Source: the human T2T-CHM13v2.0 reference genome, Homo sapiens. Taken from it: DNA of 64,000 nt. The notes beneath the pieces are model-generated. The model searched no databases, had not been told where the DNA came from, and saw only the letters and a program-made list of their open reading frames with translations. The stretch lies in NCBI RefSeq assembly GCF_009914755.1, contig NC_060944.1; one strand, 5' to 3'. Positions 1 through 13,085 of this stretch are shown here, one piece after another. The stretch's first letter is position 1. The number at the start of each line of letters is the position of its first letter. The position numbers and the translations under genes are program-made.

Positions 1-278
1 GCCTTATGGTCTCTGTTGCAACTACTCAACTCTGCGGCTGTGGAAGAAAAGCAGATGTAGACAATATAGAAATGAATTATTGTGGCTTTGTTCCAGTAGG
101 TCTTAATTTATGGACATTAAATTTTGAATTACATGTAATTTTCACATGTCATGCAATGTTCTTTGGCCTCTTATTTTTTCAACCGTTTAAAAATGTTTTT
201 AAAACATGTATGTTTTAATCCCTCTAAAAATATGCAACAGGAAAAAGTAGGCTTGTGGGCCACAGTCTGATGATGCTG
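1..278. mobile_element. MER58B-like hAT-Charlie DNA transposon relic (cut by window edge)
   Basis: GGTCTCTGTTGCAACTACTCAACTCTG and TTGAATTACATGTAATTTTCACATGTC match recalled MER58 consensus. Confidence 0.75.
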
Positions 279-954
279 AAATGAAATATCACTTAGTCAT
301 TTTTAATGTGGTGATGAAATTTTCTATTAAATGAAATATACTAGCATGCTGAAAAGCTTGGAGATATGACTAAGGAACCAACAAACCATAACAGATGGTA
401 TTGGCTGAGTGAAGGATCAAATTTGGAGACAAACTTGTGTACTAATGTTGTAAAAGGTGGTAAATTGTCACTTCTGGGAACCATAGACCAGAATGTGTGA
501 GATCAATCACTGAAATATATTGGAACACATTATTAAACAAGCAGAGACACAAAGAATTGATTACTCCCTAGAGTGAATGACAAAAATAAATATCAAACTC
601 TAAAAAAATTGGCAGACTACATTATTTAAATAGCATAAGTGGCATAGATATAGGGTATATTGAGTATGCAGGAAAATAGTAGGCCAAAATTTTCAACATA
701 CACTACTGAAAAAAAAGAAGTTGACTAAATAATAACATAATTATATAGGGTCATAATTGTTTTAACAATGTTCAAGTATACTAATTGATGAGTTTATATT
801 CCACTGAGTCTGTCAAATAAACCTTATCATGATGCTAAATATTAATTTGGATGCCTAAATGCCAGCTCAGCATTCTAAATTGCTTTCTGCCTGACTGTTA
901 ACTTGAATACTAAAGCCACTTCACATTTTCAAATGACTGTTTAACAAGGGCTTT

Positions 955-1330
955 TGTCTTCATCATTTTGCTGAACAGAATACCAAAGACTGCATAACCT
1001 ATTAAAAAAAAAGTTTATTTCTCATGGTTCTGGAGGCTGGGAAGTCCAAGGTCAAGGGACTGCATCTGGTGAGGGCCTTTCTGCTACATCATCCCATGGC
1101 AGTAGGGAGAAGGGTAAGGGAGTGTGCAAGAGCAAGGGGGAAAGAGGACAAACTCATCCTTGTATCTAGAACCACTCTTTGATAACCTGCTCCAGAGATA
1201 ATGGCATTGATCCATTCATGAGAGCAGAGCCCCCATGACCTAATCACCTCTTAAACGTCCCACCTCTTAACCGTCACAATAAAAATTAAATTTCAAAATC
1301 AATTTTGGAGTGGACATTCACACCAAAGCA
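955..1330 (-). mobile_element. MST-family (MSTC/D-like) MaLR solo LTR
   Basis: TCTCATGGTTCTGGAGGCTGGGAAGTCCAAGGTCAAG and CCATGACCTAATCACCTCTTAAA; TGTCTT...AAAGCA termini. Confidence 0.85.
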
Positions 1331-4300
1331 GATTCCAAAAGAATCATGTTAAAAATACCCCAGATTATAAAATTATGAATCCAAAACCAAAAAGACAATA
1401 TAAAGCAGGCATAAAAACAAAAGTTTAGGTTGAAACAATCACCTTTATTTATAAGTATAGATGGCAAAGAACTTAGCATAACTGCTTTTGTCTTTGGGTT
1501 GAGTGTAGGTGAGTGGGTAGTATGTGTTATTTTTCCAAAAAAGACTAGGTGGTTGTAGTTAATTGTAAACTCACAGTTAGCCAGTGATTTGACATGTTTA
1601 TAAAGGTATGTGGTATATTTTCTTTTCTCTTTCCAACACCTTGTGTTGCAATTTAGGACACTGTGAAGTAAAGGAAGAATTCTGTTCACTTGTGATTTGA
1701 AAATTTTTCTCATCAAGATGATAACTTGGAAGCATTTTTGATAATCATTTTGCCCAGTGAGATTATGTCTTTGGACAGCTTGGTTGGGTCAAATTTTCAC
1801 AAACTGCTAGGATATTCATAATGGGCCATCTGCAGTTTTAAGTATTCAGTTGATTCATCCAACTGTATATTAAATTTACCAGACCATCAATGTAAGAGGC
1901 AATAGGGCTTGGCAACACATACCATACTGATGATAATAAGAATATTAAGAAACATAGGATCTTGTGATGGAGTTTCTAGTAATTCACTTTCTAGCATTTT
2001 GCCAATTGTTTAACCTCTTTGAAGATGAGGGCTTCAGTTTGTCTCTAACAGAAATATGTTTGTAATTGGGGATGAGGTGGGGCTGTCACCTTCCCTATAT
2101 TCATGACTATACTATTCCTGGATCTAATCAGCCTCAGAATCTTTAACACAGAAATAGACTCAGAATTAGATAGATTTGACACGGGATTTGAAGAATATTT
2201 GTCATGTTTGAGTGAGATAATCTATAGAGTTCCCTCCCAGCCTAAGTTTGTAGAAGATTTTCAAATTTTGGGGGTTTGAATATTTTATCATTACTATTGT
2301 GTTTTCTGACTTCTCCCCATCATATGTCACTTTTTTAAATCAAATATCATATAGTAAATCCTAATAGTTTGTCAATGTTTTAATATTTTATCATTATTTT
2401 AAAATACTTCTGATTTTCCTAGGATAAACCTTGGGAGTTTTGTAAAAACTAGTCCTTCAGAATCTTCTCTTACAACAGCAATTCTAAAATCTGAAGGCTA
2501 GTATTTAGAAAACTACTGTAATCAATGTTATATAAAAATCTATAATGTAGAATTCCTTCGACCAAAAGATGTTAAGGTCAATCAATATATCTGTGGGATG
2601 AGGCTAATTCTGTTATCTTAGGATGATAAACTGGAACATTAATTTCCCACTCTAAATTCAAACTAACCCTCTGTCTAATATTCAGTATCTCTACCATTCA
2701 ATATGGCAGTCATTCATTAATTTCAACCCAATAGAGTTTGGGTTCCTAATGTGGAGACATGGCAAACACAACTTAATAAAGCCTACTGACAACCTTCTCA
2801 ATTTCCATCCATTTTTTTTCTTAGAGTTCCATTCTCTATGTATTTCCTTTTCGCCTGCTCCTTTATGCTCCTCTTCTGTTCCACACCTTTTTGTTACCTT
2901 TGCTCCACAGTCCCTAAGCTGCACTGTAGTTACTCATGGAAGTAAAGACATATGCAGTGGCTGGCTGCCCGGATGTATAAAGATGTTGTGTGTATAATAT
3001 ATGAGAGACATTTAGCAATATTTTGAAATTATGCAGTAGCTTTGATTTTTGGTTCTTGGTTCTATTCCAACAAGGGTTTTCCTTCTGCATGTATCAAACT
3101 GCTAGAGGCCCTTTTATCTATCCTCCTGGCCACTCTCTTTCTCTTGCACACACCAGTGGCACAGGATGCAAACCTTGCATCTGTATCTGTCCCTGAAATT
3201 GTGCTGCAGGGCATGCCCAATGCTGTTCTTAATTTTAATCTGTTTAAGGCTCTGCCAAATGAAATGCTGTTAACAACATTTACAGTTAATGAAACCGATG
3301 CTCTAGGTCCAAGAAGGAGCCTAAGTGAAGTGGAGAGCTGTTGTAATCATGCAATTAGTCTAGCTGGCGGAAATGACATAAGTACTTCCCCACTCTTAAA
3401 GAAAATAAAGTGTTCAGTGGGGTTGTTTATGTGAGTTAAGTTCTTCCTCCAAATTCTCCACCTCTCCACTGCCTGAGGTCGGTTCCAACAGAGTCCTTCC
3501 TGGTTACTGCCCATACATCATCCTCAAGACCCAGTTAGATTTCAATCGGAGGACTCAACTTTATCACACGCTCAAGTCTCCCTTAGCTCATCAGACTACC
3601 CATATTTTATATTTACTGGCTTCTTGGGATTTTTTTTTGTTGAGAAGAAGTTATTCATTGGAAAAGTCTGGATGATGCTGAAAGTCATCTTTTACAATTT
3701 AGGCACGCAGTAGAAAGATTTACAATGTATTTTTTGTTTGATTCTTTCCAGTTGCCTGGAGCAAACATTCATCTTCTACTTCCTTTAATAGGATCTGACT
3801 TGTGACATCATGTTCTGAAAGGCTGCAGTTTAATGCGTGTGTTTTCTCTCTAACACACATATATTATGCAGAGACTCTAGGATTTCATCTTTATTTTGTT
3901 TTATTTTTTAAGGCCATAGAAGCCAGTTGCCTTGGGGTTTCCTTCTCTTAGAGACGTCGCCAATGTCAAGGAAGCATTCTGAATAGGTTGAGCTACATAG
4001 TAAACAAACCCCCTACCTAATGTACATTCGGGGCTTGGCTTGCACCAGAGTGGCTTGTCCTGCCAGTTGAGTGCAACACTGAGATGCCAACGGTATTTAT
4101 CTTCATTAAGTTTCCAAAGCAATGGCTTAAAAGTTTGTGCACAATTTGCAAATTCAGTTTTAAAGATGGTATCCTCAATTCTGCAGTTTCTGGAATGGTG
4201 GCTTCCAGGTATTTGGAACCCCTTGCCAAAATGTTGATCACAGATGAGAGAATAACGTGTTGCTATGCTATGCAGAGAATTGTAATTCATTATATACTCT

Positions 4301-4424
4301 CTAGGGGGAATTACAGAAGTGCTGACCATTTGAGAGGACCAATGATCACCATTTGAGTAAAGCAAAAATGGTCCTCAGAATATCTTAAGATCGTGAGTCA
4401 TGAATTTCTTAAAGTTCAGTGAAT

Positions 4425-4546
4425 GCCAGGCTTAGTGACATATGCATGTAGTCCCGGATACTCAGGAGGCTGAAGTGGGAGGATTGCTTGAGCCCAGGAG
4501 TTTGAGATCAGCCTTGACAACATAGTGAGACCCTGTCTCAAAAAAA
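4425..4546 (+). mobile_element. FLAM-like free Alu monomer
   Basis: GGAGGATTGCTTGAGCCCAGGAGTTTGAG...GAGACCCTGTCTC plus A-tail; single arm. Confidence 0.9.
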
Positions 4547-4791
4547 TTAGTTTCGTGAAGGCAATACCTGGCAATACCTCCTACTTAGATGGGAAACTTA
4601 TTCTTACATGCTTCAAAGAAGTCAAAGTGACTTTTACAGTGAACTTTTAGTAGTACTTCTTATGCCTAATGCCAAAACTTATTTTATGACAGAGACATGT
4701 CATCAATCTTTTTTCTCTTGTTTTCAAGAAAGGAAATGTCAGTACAAATACTAAGGAAGTTTCAACATCTCCATAAGGTAGGGCATCTTTT

Positions 4792-5300
4792 AGATTAGTG
4801 GGACTTTTCAGCTCCAAGACAAAGAAGAACTCAACCCAAATTTACTTTAGAAAACATAGCTGAAAAGTCTGAGGGCCATGCTGGTTTCAGGCATGTGGCT
4901 GGATTCAGATGATGTCAATAGAACTTTCTTTCTCTCCAACTCTTATTGCCTCCTTCAGTGGGATTGATGTTGTGGTTAGGATGCACGTGGTGCACCTGGC
5001 CTCCTGCCTCCTCGCTCTAGGCTCTCCTTCACTGATGACAAATCAGCTGCAGCACAACCTCATAGATAAAGTCTAGCCAGAAACAGTCGCCACTCCACTT
5101 ACTCCTGCAGAATTCCTGAGATCTACTTGGATTGGATTAACTCTTGAACATCTGACTGTGGCCTGGAGAATGTGGTGTGCTGAAGTCAGGCTGGATCTCT
5201 TCTCAATCCAGGTAGACCGAAAGTGGAGAAAAGTAGACTCCAAACAGAAATCTAGTATCTTGCTGAAGGAAGTGAGGCCAACAAGATATGTTTAGTGCTT
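4792..5300 (-). mobile_element. old MLT1 (K/L-like) MaLR LTR
   Basis: CATAGCTGAAAAGTC...GGTTTCAGGCATGTGGCTGGATTCAG motifs; highly diverged, boundaries approximate. Confidence 0.55.
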
Positions 5301-5314
5301 GTATTGTATTTATC

Positions 5315-5721
5315 TTCTATTGGCTGAATTGCATCCCTCCAAGTTCATATGTAGAAGCCCTAACTTCCAAGTGCCTCAGAATTTGACTATACTTGAGATA
5401 GGACATTAAAAAAGGTGAGTAAGTTAAAATGAGGCTGTTAGGGGAGCCTTATTCCAACATGACAGGTGTCCTTATAAGAAGAGGAAATTTGGACACACAA
5501 AGAGACAGCACATATGCCTGAGCACAGAGGAAAGGCCACATGGGGACATAGAAAGAAGGTGGCCATCTCCAAGCCCAGGAGAGAGGCCTCAGCAGAAGCC
5601 AAGCCCACTAACACCTTGACCTTGGACTCCCAGCCTCCAGAACTGTGAGACAATAGGTTTCTGTTGCTTAAGCCACCCAGGCTATGGTATTTTGTTATGG
5701 TAGCCCTAGCAAACTAATACA
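5315..5721 (+). mobile_element. MLT1B MaLR solo LTR
   Basis: GTGTCCTTATAAGAAGAGGAAATTTGGACAC and CCAGCCTCCAGAACTGTGAGA; ends GCAAACTAATACA. Confidence 0.9.
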
Positions 5722-6619
5722 GCATCTTCTTTTATTGTGTCTAGTCACCTTTATTAATTTGGGGATGCCTTAAATATATATTTATATGGTTTCTGTAATG
5801 ACTTTATGGAATCTTGTTACCATTTTGATTTCCAGTAAAGCCAACTGTTAAATTAGTACTTGAATTTAGTCCTCTTAAAAGTCAGATTAGAAGCCATATT
5901 AAAGAAGAGAAATTATTATTTAACTCTAATGTTGAAGTAGTGTTGTTTATTTCTGTGCTTGTTAATGAAGAGATTCAAAGATTCTATCTTGTATCGGTTC
6001 AGTGTTCCTTTGACAGGAACTAATCATGTAAGCTTGATTTTAGGAAACATATTTTGACCAGATAGAGCAGAATGAATAAAGCAAAACACCTTGGAAATGC
6101 TATTATCTGAAAAATCAGATTCATTAAATTAAGTTTAGGTCAATATTCAGCCACATGTCAAATAAAATATAATCTATAATGAGGTTTGGGGAAAAAACTA
6201 GGAAGCTGGTTTTTCGTTTTTATTTTTCCATTTCATTTCATGGTAGGAGTTGCCTCTAAGACCTAACATAACAGAATTTCTGTGGTTGGCCAGAAGTTTT
6301 TTATTGATTTCTCCTGGCTACAGTGCAATTTTGCCAGCGTCATGGAGAGAAACAGGTAGAGAAGTGAACTCCACAGACTTACAGTCTAGAGTCAAGTTGA
6401 CTTGGAAAATATCGGGAAACGGTAAATGTGATACTAGAATTCTTGACAGACCTTTAGTTGAGAAAGTTGTGGCAGATTTATAGCTTTAGATAAGGGCCCT
6501 TCACTGGAAGAAAGTATAGGCTACTTCTTTTAAACTTTAGGGAAATACAGTTTATTAGACTGGTAAGTTTTGAATGCCTTGTAAAATATTAGTCAAAAAC
6601 CTCTATTTCCTGTGTTATC

Positions 6620-7200
6620 TTTTGCTTTTTAAATTATAAAAAAATTAAGTAAATTTTAACAAAAAAGGAAAAAAATATGAAAGAAAGTGATAATTCCATT
6701 AGTCATTTTTTGTGTCTACCCTCCCAGAGATTTTTCTAGGATTATGCAAATATTATACCTGTCATATATAACTGCCAAACAGAATATTTCTCAAGCATGA
6801 AACAAATGCATGCTCATATGTTGTATATTCTGTGTTTTATATCAATATACATATATAATTTAAAATTAAAATGCTCAATATTTTCTTTATGAAAGTAATG
6901 CAGTTCTAGCTCATTTTTCTTACTACTTAGCATTGTGACAAAATTTGCTTAACTAATTCCCTATTGATAAAGAAATTTAGGATAATTTTGTTTTTAAAAT
7001 ATTACCCTTAATACTATAACTATCCTTATTCCCAAAATATTTTTGTCATTTGACAGTATTTTGATAAGATGAATTTACCCTGTGTCAACGGTTATCACAT
7101 CCTTTTAAAATTGTTTGACACTCTCAAAATGCCCTATGAAAATGTTGTAGGTTCTACACTCCCACCAACAGTGTTTGACGGTGCCTATTTTCCCTCACAT
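6620..7200 (-). mobile_element. old L1M fragment
   Basis: AT-rich; TACACTCCCACCAACAGTGT antisense L1 ORF2-end motif. Confidence 0.5.
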
Positions 7201-7239
7201 TGGAAAATATTAATGAGTCAATGCTCTATCTATATTTTC

Positions 7240-7410
7240 TTACTTAAATATCCAGCAAACTGTATGAGTTAGTTATTATTTTTTCCATTTTGCAAGTAAA
7301 AATACAGGGAAGTTGGGTGGAATCTTGCCTTGCAAAAGGACACACAAACAGTTAGTGGTGAGCTGGTGTGGAAGACAGGCTGTGTCCCAGAGATACCCAC
7401 TTATCCACTA
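7240..7410 (-). mobile_element. MIR SINE fragment
   Basis: TTATTATTTTTTCCATTTTGCA...ACAGTTAGTGGTGAGCTGG, antisense MIR core. Confidence 0.5.
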
Positions 7411-7543
7411 TGCCCCAGATGCGATTATTAGCCCAGCCCTGTAAGTCTGAATTCCCAACTCCCTTTATTCAAGCAGCACTTTCTCATTGTTTGCTGTCAT
7501 CTCCTGCTGCTTTTGCTTTTATTTTGCTATTTTTATTTCGAGT

Positions 7544-8027
7544 TTTGTTGGTTAATTTTATGAGTTAACTTGACTGCATCAGGAGGTGCCCAGATCAAAC
7601 ATTACCTCTGCGTATGTCTGTGAGAGAGTTTCTGCATGAGATTAGCCTTTGAATTGATGGACTTAGTAAAATAGATGGCCCTCCCCCATTTGTGTGGGCA
7701 TCATCCAATGCACTGAGGGACTGAATAGAACAAAAGGGAAAGGGAAATAAATTCACCCCCTTTTTCCTGCCTCACTACTTGAGCTGGGGCATCTCATCCT
7801 ATCTTCTCCTGCCGTTAGGCTGAAATTTACACTATCAGTTCCCCTAGTTCTCAGGCCTTTGGACTCAGACTAAATGATAGTGCCCACTTTCCTGGATCTC
7901 CAGCTTCAAAGGGCAAATTGTGGGACTTCTCAGCCTCTGTAATCAAGTGAGCCAATTCCTCATAATTGTGCACGTTTTCTCTCTCTCGCTCTCTTTCTCA
8001 TCTCTCTTGCTCTCTTTCTCATCTCTC
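7544..8027 (+). mobile_element. MLT2-family (ERVL) solo LTR with CT-rich end
   Basis: GGTTAATTTTATGAGTTAACTTGACT start; TTCTCAGGCCTTTGGACTCAGACT; GGGACTTCTCAGCCTC. Confidence 0.85.
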
Positions 8028-9640
8028 AGCATTTAAAGCCACTGTTATTTTGAGTGTTCTTTTAAGAACTCAAATGATATCCTAAACAGTTCAATAATAG
8101 TCTCTCCTTTCAGCATTCTGACTTTCATAATAAGATTTTGTCATTCTTTTAAATTTTCCACTGAAGGATATTCTTAGCTTGAATTTTTCAAGACCTAAAC
8201 AATTAACACAGAAAAGGGCTGAATGTCAGAGCCACAAAACAATGGTTGAAAGTTAGCTTTTCAAATTTATTGTATTTAATTTCTGTTCATTTGAATTTAG
8301 ATAGTGTAAATGTACTGCAGAGTGCAATCTTTGGATACAAATTTGAGAGCTAGACACGGTAATCAGACTTTCTTATGCCGTATGCCTTTGATTCTGGGAG
8401 GGATTACTTTTTGTTGTGGTGCTTGTTGTTTTATCAGCAGTATGAAGAAAATGTTTTCAGCTGACACACACACAAAATACACCATTTAAAAAATAATGCA
8501 TGATGTTTTCAATACTTTTTTCAAGACACATAAAAATATCTTGTTTCAATTATTTTAGCAGTTCTTTTAGCTGCTGAATATTTGCTTCGAGGACCTGCTT
8601 ACCCCACCCCCTACCCCCACCAGAAATGTGTCTGGTACATGAAATTTATTCCTGGAGCATGTGAACACTTCTATTGTGTTCCATTAAATGTAGGATATCT
8701 TTATAGCATGTGTCAGTCATAAGAAAAAAATAAACTCTCAGGCTCTATATATGTGTACGCCAGCTTAATAAATTCTAGGCAACAGATGTAGCTGCCAGTT
8801 CCTCCTTCTGCCACTTTTCCCCAGTTCAATAAAGAGGTACAGATGGTTCTTTTCACCCTGGTATCTTGAATCTTGGCATGAGGGCTGGGACTTTATTGAT
8901 CTTTTTCTGGAAACTTCTTTCGACCCAAAGGACCATGGCAAGCTAAGTGTCAAATGAGATTGTCTTGCACAGATCTGGCCATTTGGAAGTCAGGGGCCCT
9001 TAAGAGTTGAAAAATAGCTCAGAGTACCTCTCAGCCTTTCACATGGAGAAACTGTCGAGTTACATTTACTCTTCGGCTTTTGATTTTTTACATGCTCATC
9101 TTGCAGAAGCCCAGGGCTGGGAGAAAGGTCATCTAGATCTTGGCTCTGCCTTAGGAAGAGCCTGTGCTAATCTTTCAAAAAAGCAAGTGAATCCAGCCAT
9201 GGCTTACAGTTTTCCAGTTCAACCAAGAGAAACAAAAGCAACCTGAATTTGGTGGTAACAAAGAAGTTTAAAGGATCAAAAAAAAAAAAAAGATCTCAAA
9301 TGATCCTATTGAATAAATGTAGTTTTGTTTCTTCTGTATAGTAAATGCTGTCCTTGGAGGATGGACATTAGTGGCTTGTTGTTACCCACTGGTGTCATAA
9401 GAGGTCTGTGAAAGAACTCTGACTAATCACACACTGGGACAATCAATATAAACTGGGACAAGCCTGGGTAACCTGGGCATAGGCACAGAATAACAAATGA
9501 ATGTACTAACTGGACACTCTTCCAAATGCCTCTCCATGCCATTTTATTTAATGGAATATGCTCTGAAAACTCCCCTTTTATATCCAGGGAAACTGAGACA
9601 CAAATAGGTTAAATAACTTCCTAAATTCATGTAAACCCAG

Positions 9641-9995
9641 TGTATTGGTGAGTTTTCATGCTGCTGATAAAGACATACTCAAGACTGGGCAATTTACAAA
9701 AGAAAGAAGTTTAATGGACTTACCGTTCCACATGGCTGGTGAAGCCTCGCAATCATGGTGGAAGGCAAGGAGGAGCAAGTCATGTCCTACGTGGATGGCA
9801 GCAGGCAAAGAGAGAGAACTTGTGCAGGGAACTCCTCTTTATGAAACCATCCGATCTCGTGAGACTTATTCACTATCATGAGAACAGCACCGGAAAGACC
9901 TGCCCCTATGATTCAATTACCTCCTACCAGGTCCCTCCCACAACACATAGGAATTCAAGATGAGATTTGGGTGGGGATACAGCCAAACTGTGTCA
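9641..9995 (-). mobile_element. THE1B-like MaLR solo LTR inserted in a MIR
   Basis: TG...CA termini; perfect 5-bp TSD CCCAG (9636-9640, 9996-10000); GCTGCTGATAAAGACATAC motif. Confidence 0.95.
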
Positions 9996-11043
9996 CCCAG
10001 GGAGAAGCCAAGTCAGGAGAGATGGCCAGTAGCCTTAGGGAGGGCCTCTGGCTGAGAAGGCTGCTCTGTTTTGGGATATGAGTGACTGGTCCAATTAGGT
10101 TGTTGCTCTCAGAAGGTTTGTTATGACAAAGAGGGACATCAGATAAAAGTGGAGTAGCAGAGGTAAGACCCATCACAAAAAGACAGGGGACATGGGATTG
10201 AGAGAAGAGTTGAGAGTGTCAGCAATCCATAGTTATTAGAAGATGACCTGGTTAGTTCCCAGGAGGACTGAGCAACCAAGACGAGAGTGCTCTGTTGCCA
10301 CGGGATTATCTTAAGGATTCTGAATGACAGTGTCCTGATGTCCATGAGCTCTGCTTAACTGCTAAGGGTGGGCTGCCTGCCTTTCTTCTTTCAAGGTGTC
10401 TGTTGCACCTGGGGTAACCTTGAGCACACTGCTTTCTCCTAAGACTTGGAAGACTCTAGGGTGCAGGAAGCCACTCCAAAGGGCCTTGGTGTGTAGCCAT
10501 TGGCTGTTTCACTGAAGCTGGAATTTGATTTTTGAACATTGTGAGCCTGGGGTGCAGAGGAAAATGAGTGATCTCAGCTGCCTAGTGAGACTGCATACCG
10601 ATGGGCCTTTGCAATCCACATGAAGAAAGCCTGAATATGCAGCAACTTTTTCTTTCTGGAATATGGCCAACCAGTGCTCAAGCTCAGGGTTTACTCCAAT
10701 GCTCTGATTGTCTTTGCCTTATGGGAGACTGTTCTATGTTAATTGGAATTCTTGCAAATGGGATTCATGAACGTCTCAGGATTTATACCTCCCAGACACC
10801 AAAGGGTTCTCACAATGGGTTGCAATATTTTTCTGTGGAACCCTAAAGCTCTTCTGTGTTGCTGAAGGGGCACTGTGAACACTTGCTGTATTTTATTTTA
10901 AAAACTGGTATGAGTTAGTTTGAAAACACCAATGACAGCAAGTACACACAAGTGTGTCTTAGACAAACTCGAACCCACTGGAGAATACCAGGATATCAAC
11001 CACTGCTGGCAAATTCACTCTTTAGTTAAGAACATAGAGTTTA

Positions 11044-11494
11044 TGGCTGCATAGTATTCCATGGTGTATATGTGCCACATTTTCTTAATCCAGTCTATCA
11101 TTTTTGGACATTTGGGTTGGTTCCAAGTCTTTGCTATTGTGAATAGTGCCGCAATAAACATACGTGTGCATGTGTCTTTATAGCATATTCTCACTCATAG
11201 GTGGGAATTGAACAATGAGATCACATGGACACAGGAAGGGGAACATCACACTCTGGGGACTGTTGTGGGGTGGGGGGAGGGGGGAGGGATAGCATTGGGA
11301 GATATACCTAATGCTAGATGATGAGTTAGTGGGTGCAGCGCACCAGCATGGCACATGTAAACATATGTAACTAACCTGCACAATGTGCACATGTACCCTA
11401 AAACTTAAAGTATAATAATAAAAGAAAAAAAAAACCAAAAAAACAAAAAACAAAAAAACCAGAACAACAACAACAACAACAACAACAACAAAAA
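11044..11494 (+). mobile_element. L1PA2-like 3' fragment with 5' inversion (twin priming)
   Basis: 16-bp TSD AAGAACATAGAGTTTA (11028-11043, 11495-11510); antisense to 11185 then sense 3'UTR; GAG-type diagnostic (GATGATGAGTTAG), not Ta ACA; tail decayed to (CAA)n. Confidence 0.95.
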
Positions 11495-11586
11495 AAGAAC
11501 ATAGAGTTTAAAGCCATAAGGTCTGCTCCACAGACTACTTTCAGCGCTCCCTCCCTGGGTGACTTGGCAAGGAACCTGCATTCTTT

Positions 11587-11687
11587 TTTTTTTTTTTTTT
11601 TTTTTTTTTTGAGACAGAGTCTCGCTCTTTCGCCCAGGCCGGACTGCAGTGGTGCTATCTCGGCTCACTGCAAGCTCTGCCACCCGG
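11587..11687 (-). mobile_element. heavily 5'-truncated AluY-lineage copy (about 77 bp plus polyA)
   Basis: 16-bp TSD GGAACCTGCATTCTTT (11571-11586, 11688-11703); reverse strand reads GAGCTTGCAG...GCAGTCCGGCCTGGGCGAAAGAGCG. Confidence 0.92.
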
Positions 11688-12289
11688 GGAACCTGCATTC
11701 TTTGTGATGCATCGCCTCACTTGTAAAATGGGTGCAATAATAATCCCTCACTCAGGTAGCTATGTAAGAAGTGGATGAATTTAAATAGGTAAAACACTTG
11801 GAAATGTATTCAGCACATAGAACACACAAAATGAATGTCACTTCTCATTTGTGATTGTCATTGCTGCTGTCGTGCAGAGCTCAGAATTAACCTTCCCTGG
11901 CATCTCATTCATCTATCTGAGCTTCTTGTAATGCATTGTTCATTTAGAGTATTGAAGCTCTGCCCTAGTCTTTAAAAAATTAAAAATATAAAACTATGCA
12001 TTTCCAATTACATAAATTGTTATGTTACATAAATGTACCCTAATTCAGAACTAATATGCACTGATGATTATTTACTATGCAAAGACAGGTGATAACAAAT
12101 AAATGCATCATATATTGAAATGCTGTCATACCATTTTATTCACTTATTTATCACCATGTGTTTATTGTTATTTTTCATCTGATTACAATGTCTATGTGTC
12201 TTCTGTAATTGTTTTATCTTTTAAATTTACAACATATGTGATAGACAAAATAAATGCTATGTACTTTATATATAAACAATCTTTTACAA

Positions 12290-12500
12290 ATATCTCTATG
12301 TAGTTTATATATGCATATATTTTATATAAGCTATATATAACACTGCATGTTTACATTTGCATATAGTTTATATGCATATATAAATATATATTTAATGCAA
12401 GTATTCATTTATAAATATCTAGAAATATGTATTTTTATATGTACATATTGTATATAACATCATTTACATATGTATATATTTTATACATAAAATATCTCAA
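12290..12500. repeat. TA-rich low-complexity tract
   Basis: degenerate (TA)n with repeated TAGTT(T)ATATGCATATAT units. Confidence 0.8.
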
Positions 12501-13085
12501 AAATAGAGAAAAGTACACAGAACGGTATATATTACCCAGAGAATAGTGTCTATTATCTAGACATAATAGGTATCAACTTTAAAGATTTTTACCTAACTTT
12601 TTAGAGAAATGAAACACTACAGATACAGTGACTCCTCCTCCATTCCCTTTCCTTCTCTATCTGCCACAGCTTCCCTCCCTTCAGTAAGGCTAGTTTGAAG
12701 CTGCCGTGTATCTTAAGCATCTATCATTTTAGTATTTTAACACAAATTTATGTTTCACAAGCCAGTGGTAGTATTTTTGTTGTTAAAAATTAACGTAAAT
12801 AATACTTTGCTACGTGTATCTTTCTGAAGCTTCCTCTATTTTTTTGAGATTTATTCATGCTAAAATAATCTCTATTTCATTTCATTGCTATGCAGTAATA
12901 CTATAGTAAGAACATATCACAAAGAATTAATACATCTCTCAATTGATATTTATAAAAGTTGTTTACAGTCTTTCATTCTTACAAGAAATCATGCAACAAT
13001 TATGATTGTACAGACCTCTTTATGTGGAATGTGTGAGAGCTTCTCCAGGTATGCATGTAAGAATGCAATTACTAGGCTGTAATTT
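12500..13085 (-). mobile_element. old L1M 3' fragment
   Basis: TTTTGAGATTTATTCATG, TTCATTGCTATGCAGTAATACTAT antisense L1M motifs. Confidence 0.6.

Larger units (their letters stand above)
11023..11845 (+). mobile_element. MIR SINE interrupted by an L1 and an Alu
   Basis: MIR head AGTTAAGAACATAGA, core CTCACTTGTAAAATGGG and tail CAGCACATAG become collinear after removing both inserts. Confidence 0.7.

Noticed and set aside
1318-1716. 132-aa minus-strand ORF
   Set aside because: AT-driven composition, no homology recognised, ends inside an MST LTR.
3042-4365. ORFs of 130 aa (+) and 154 aa (-) in unique sequence
   Set aside because: TTG starts, no recognisable domain and no convincing splice context; lengths are compatible with chance in six frames of 64 kb.
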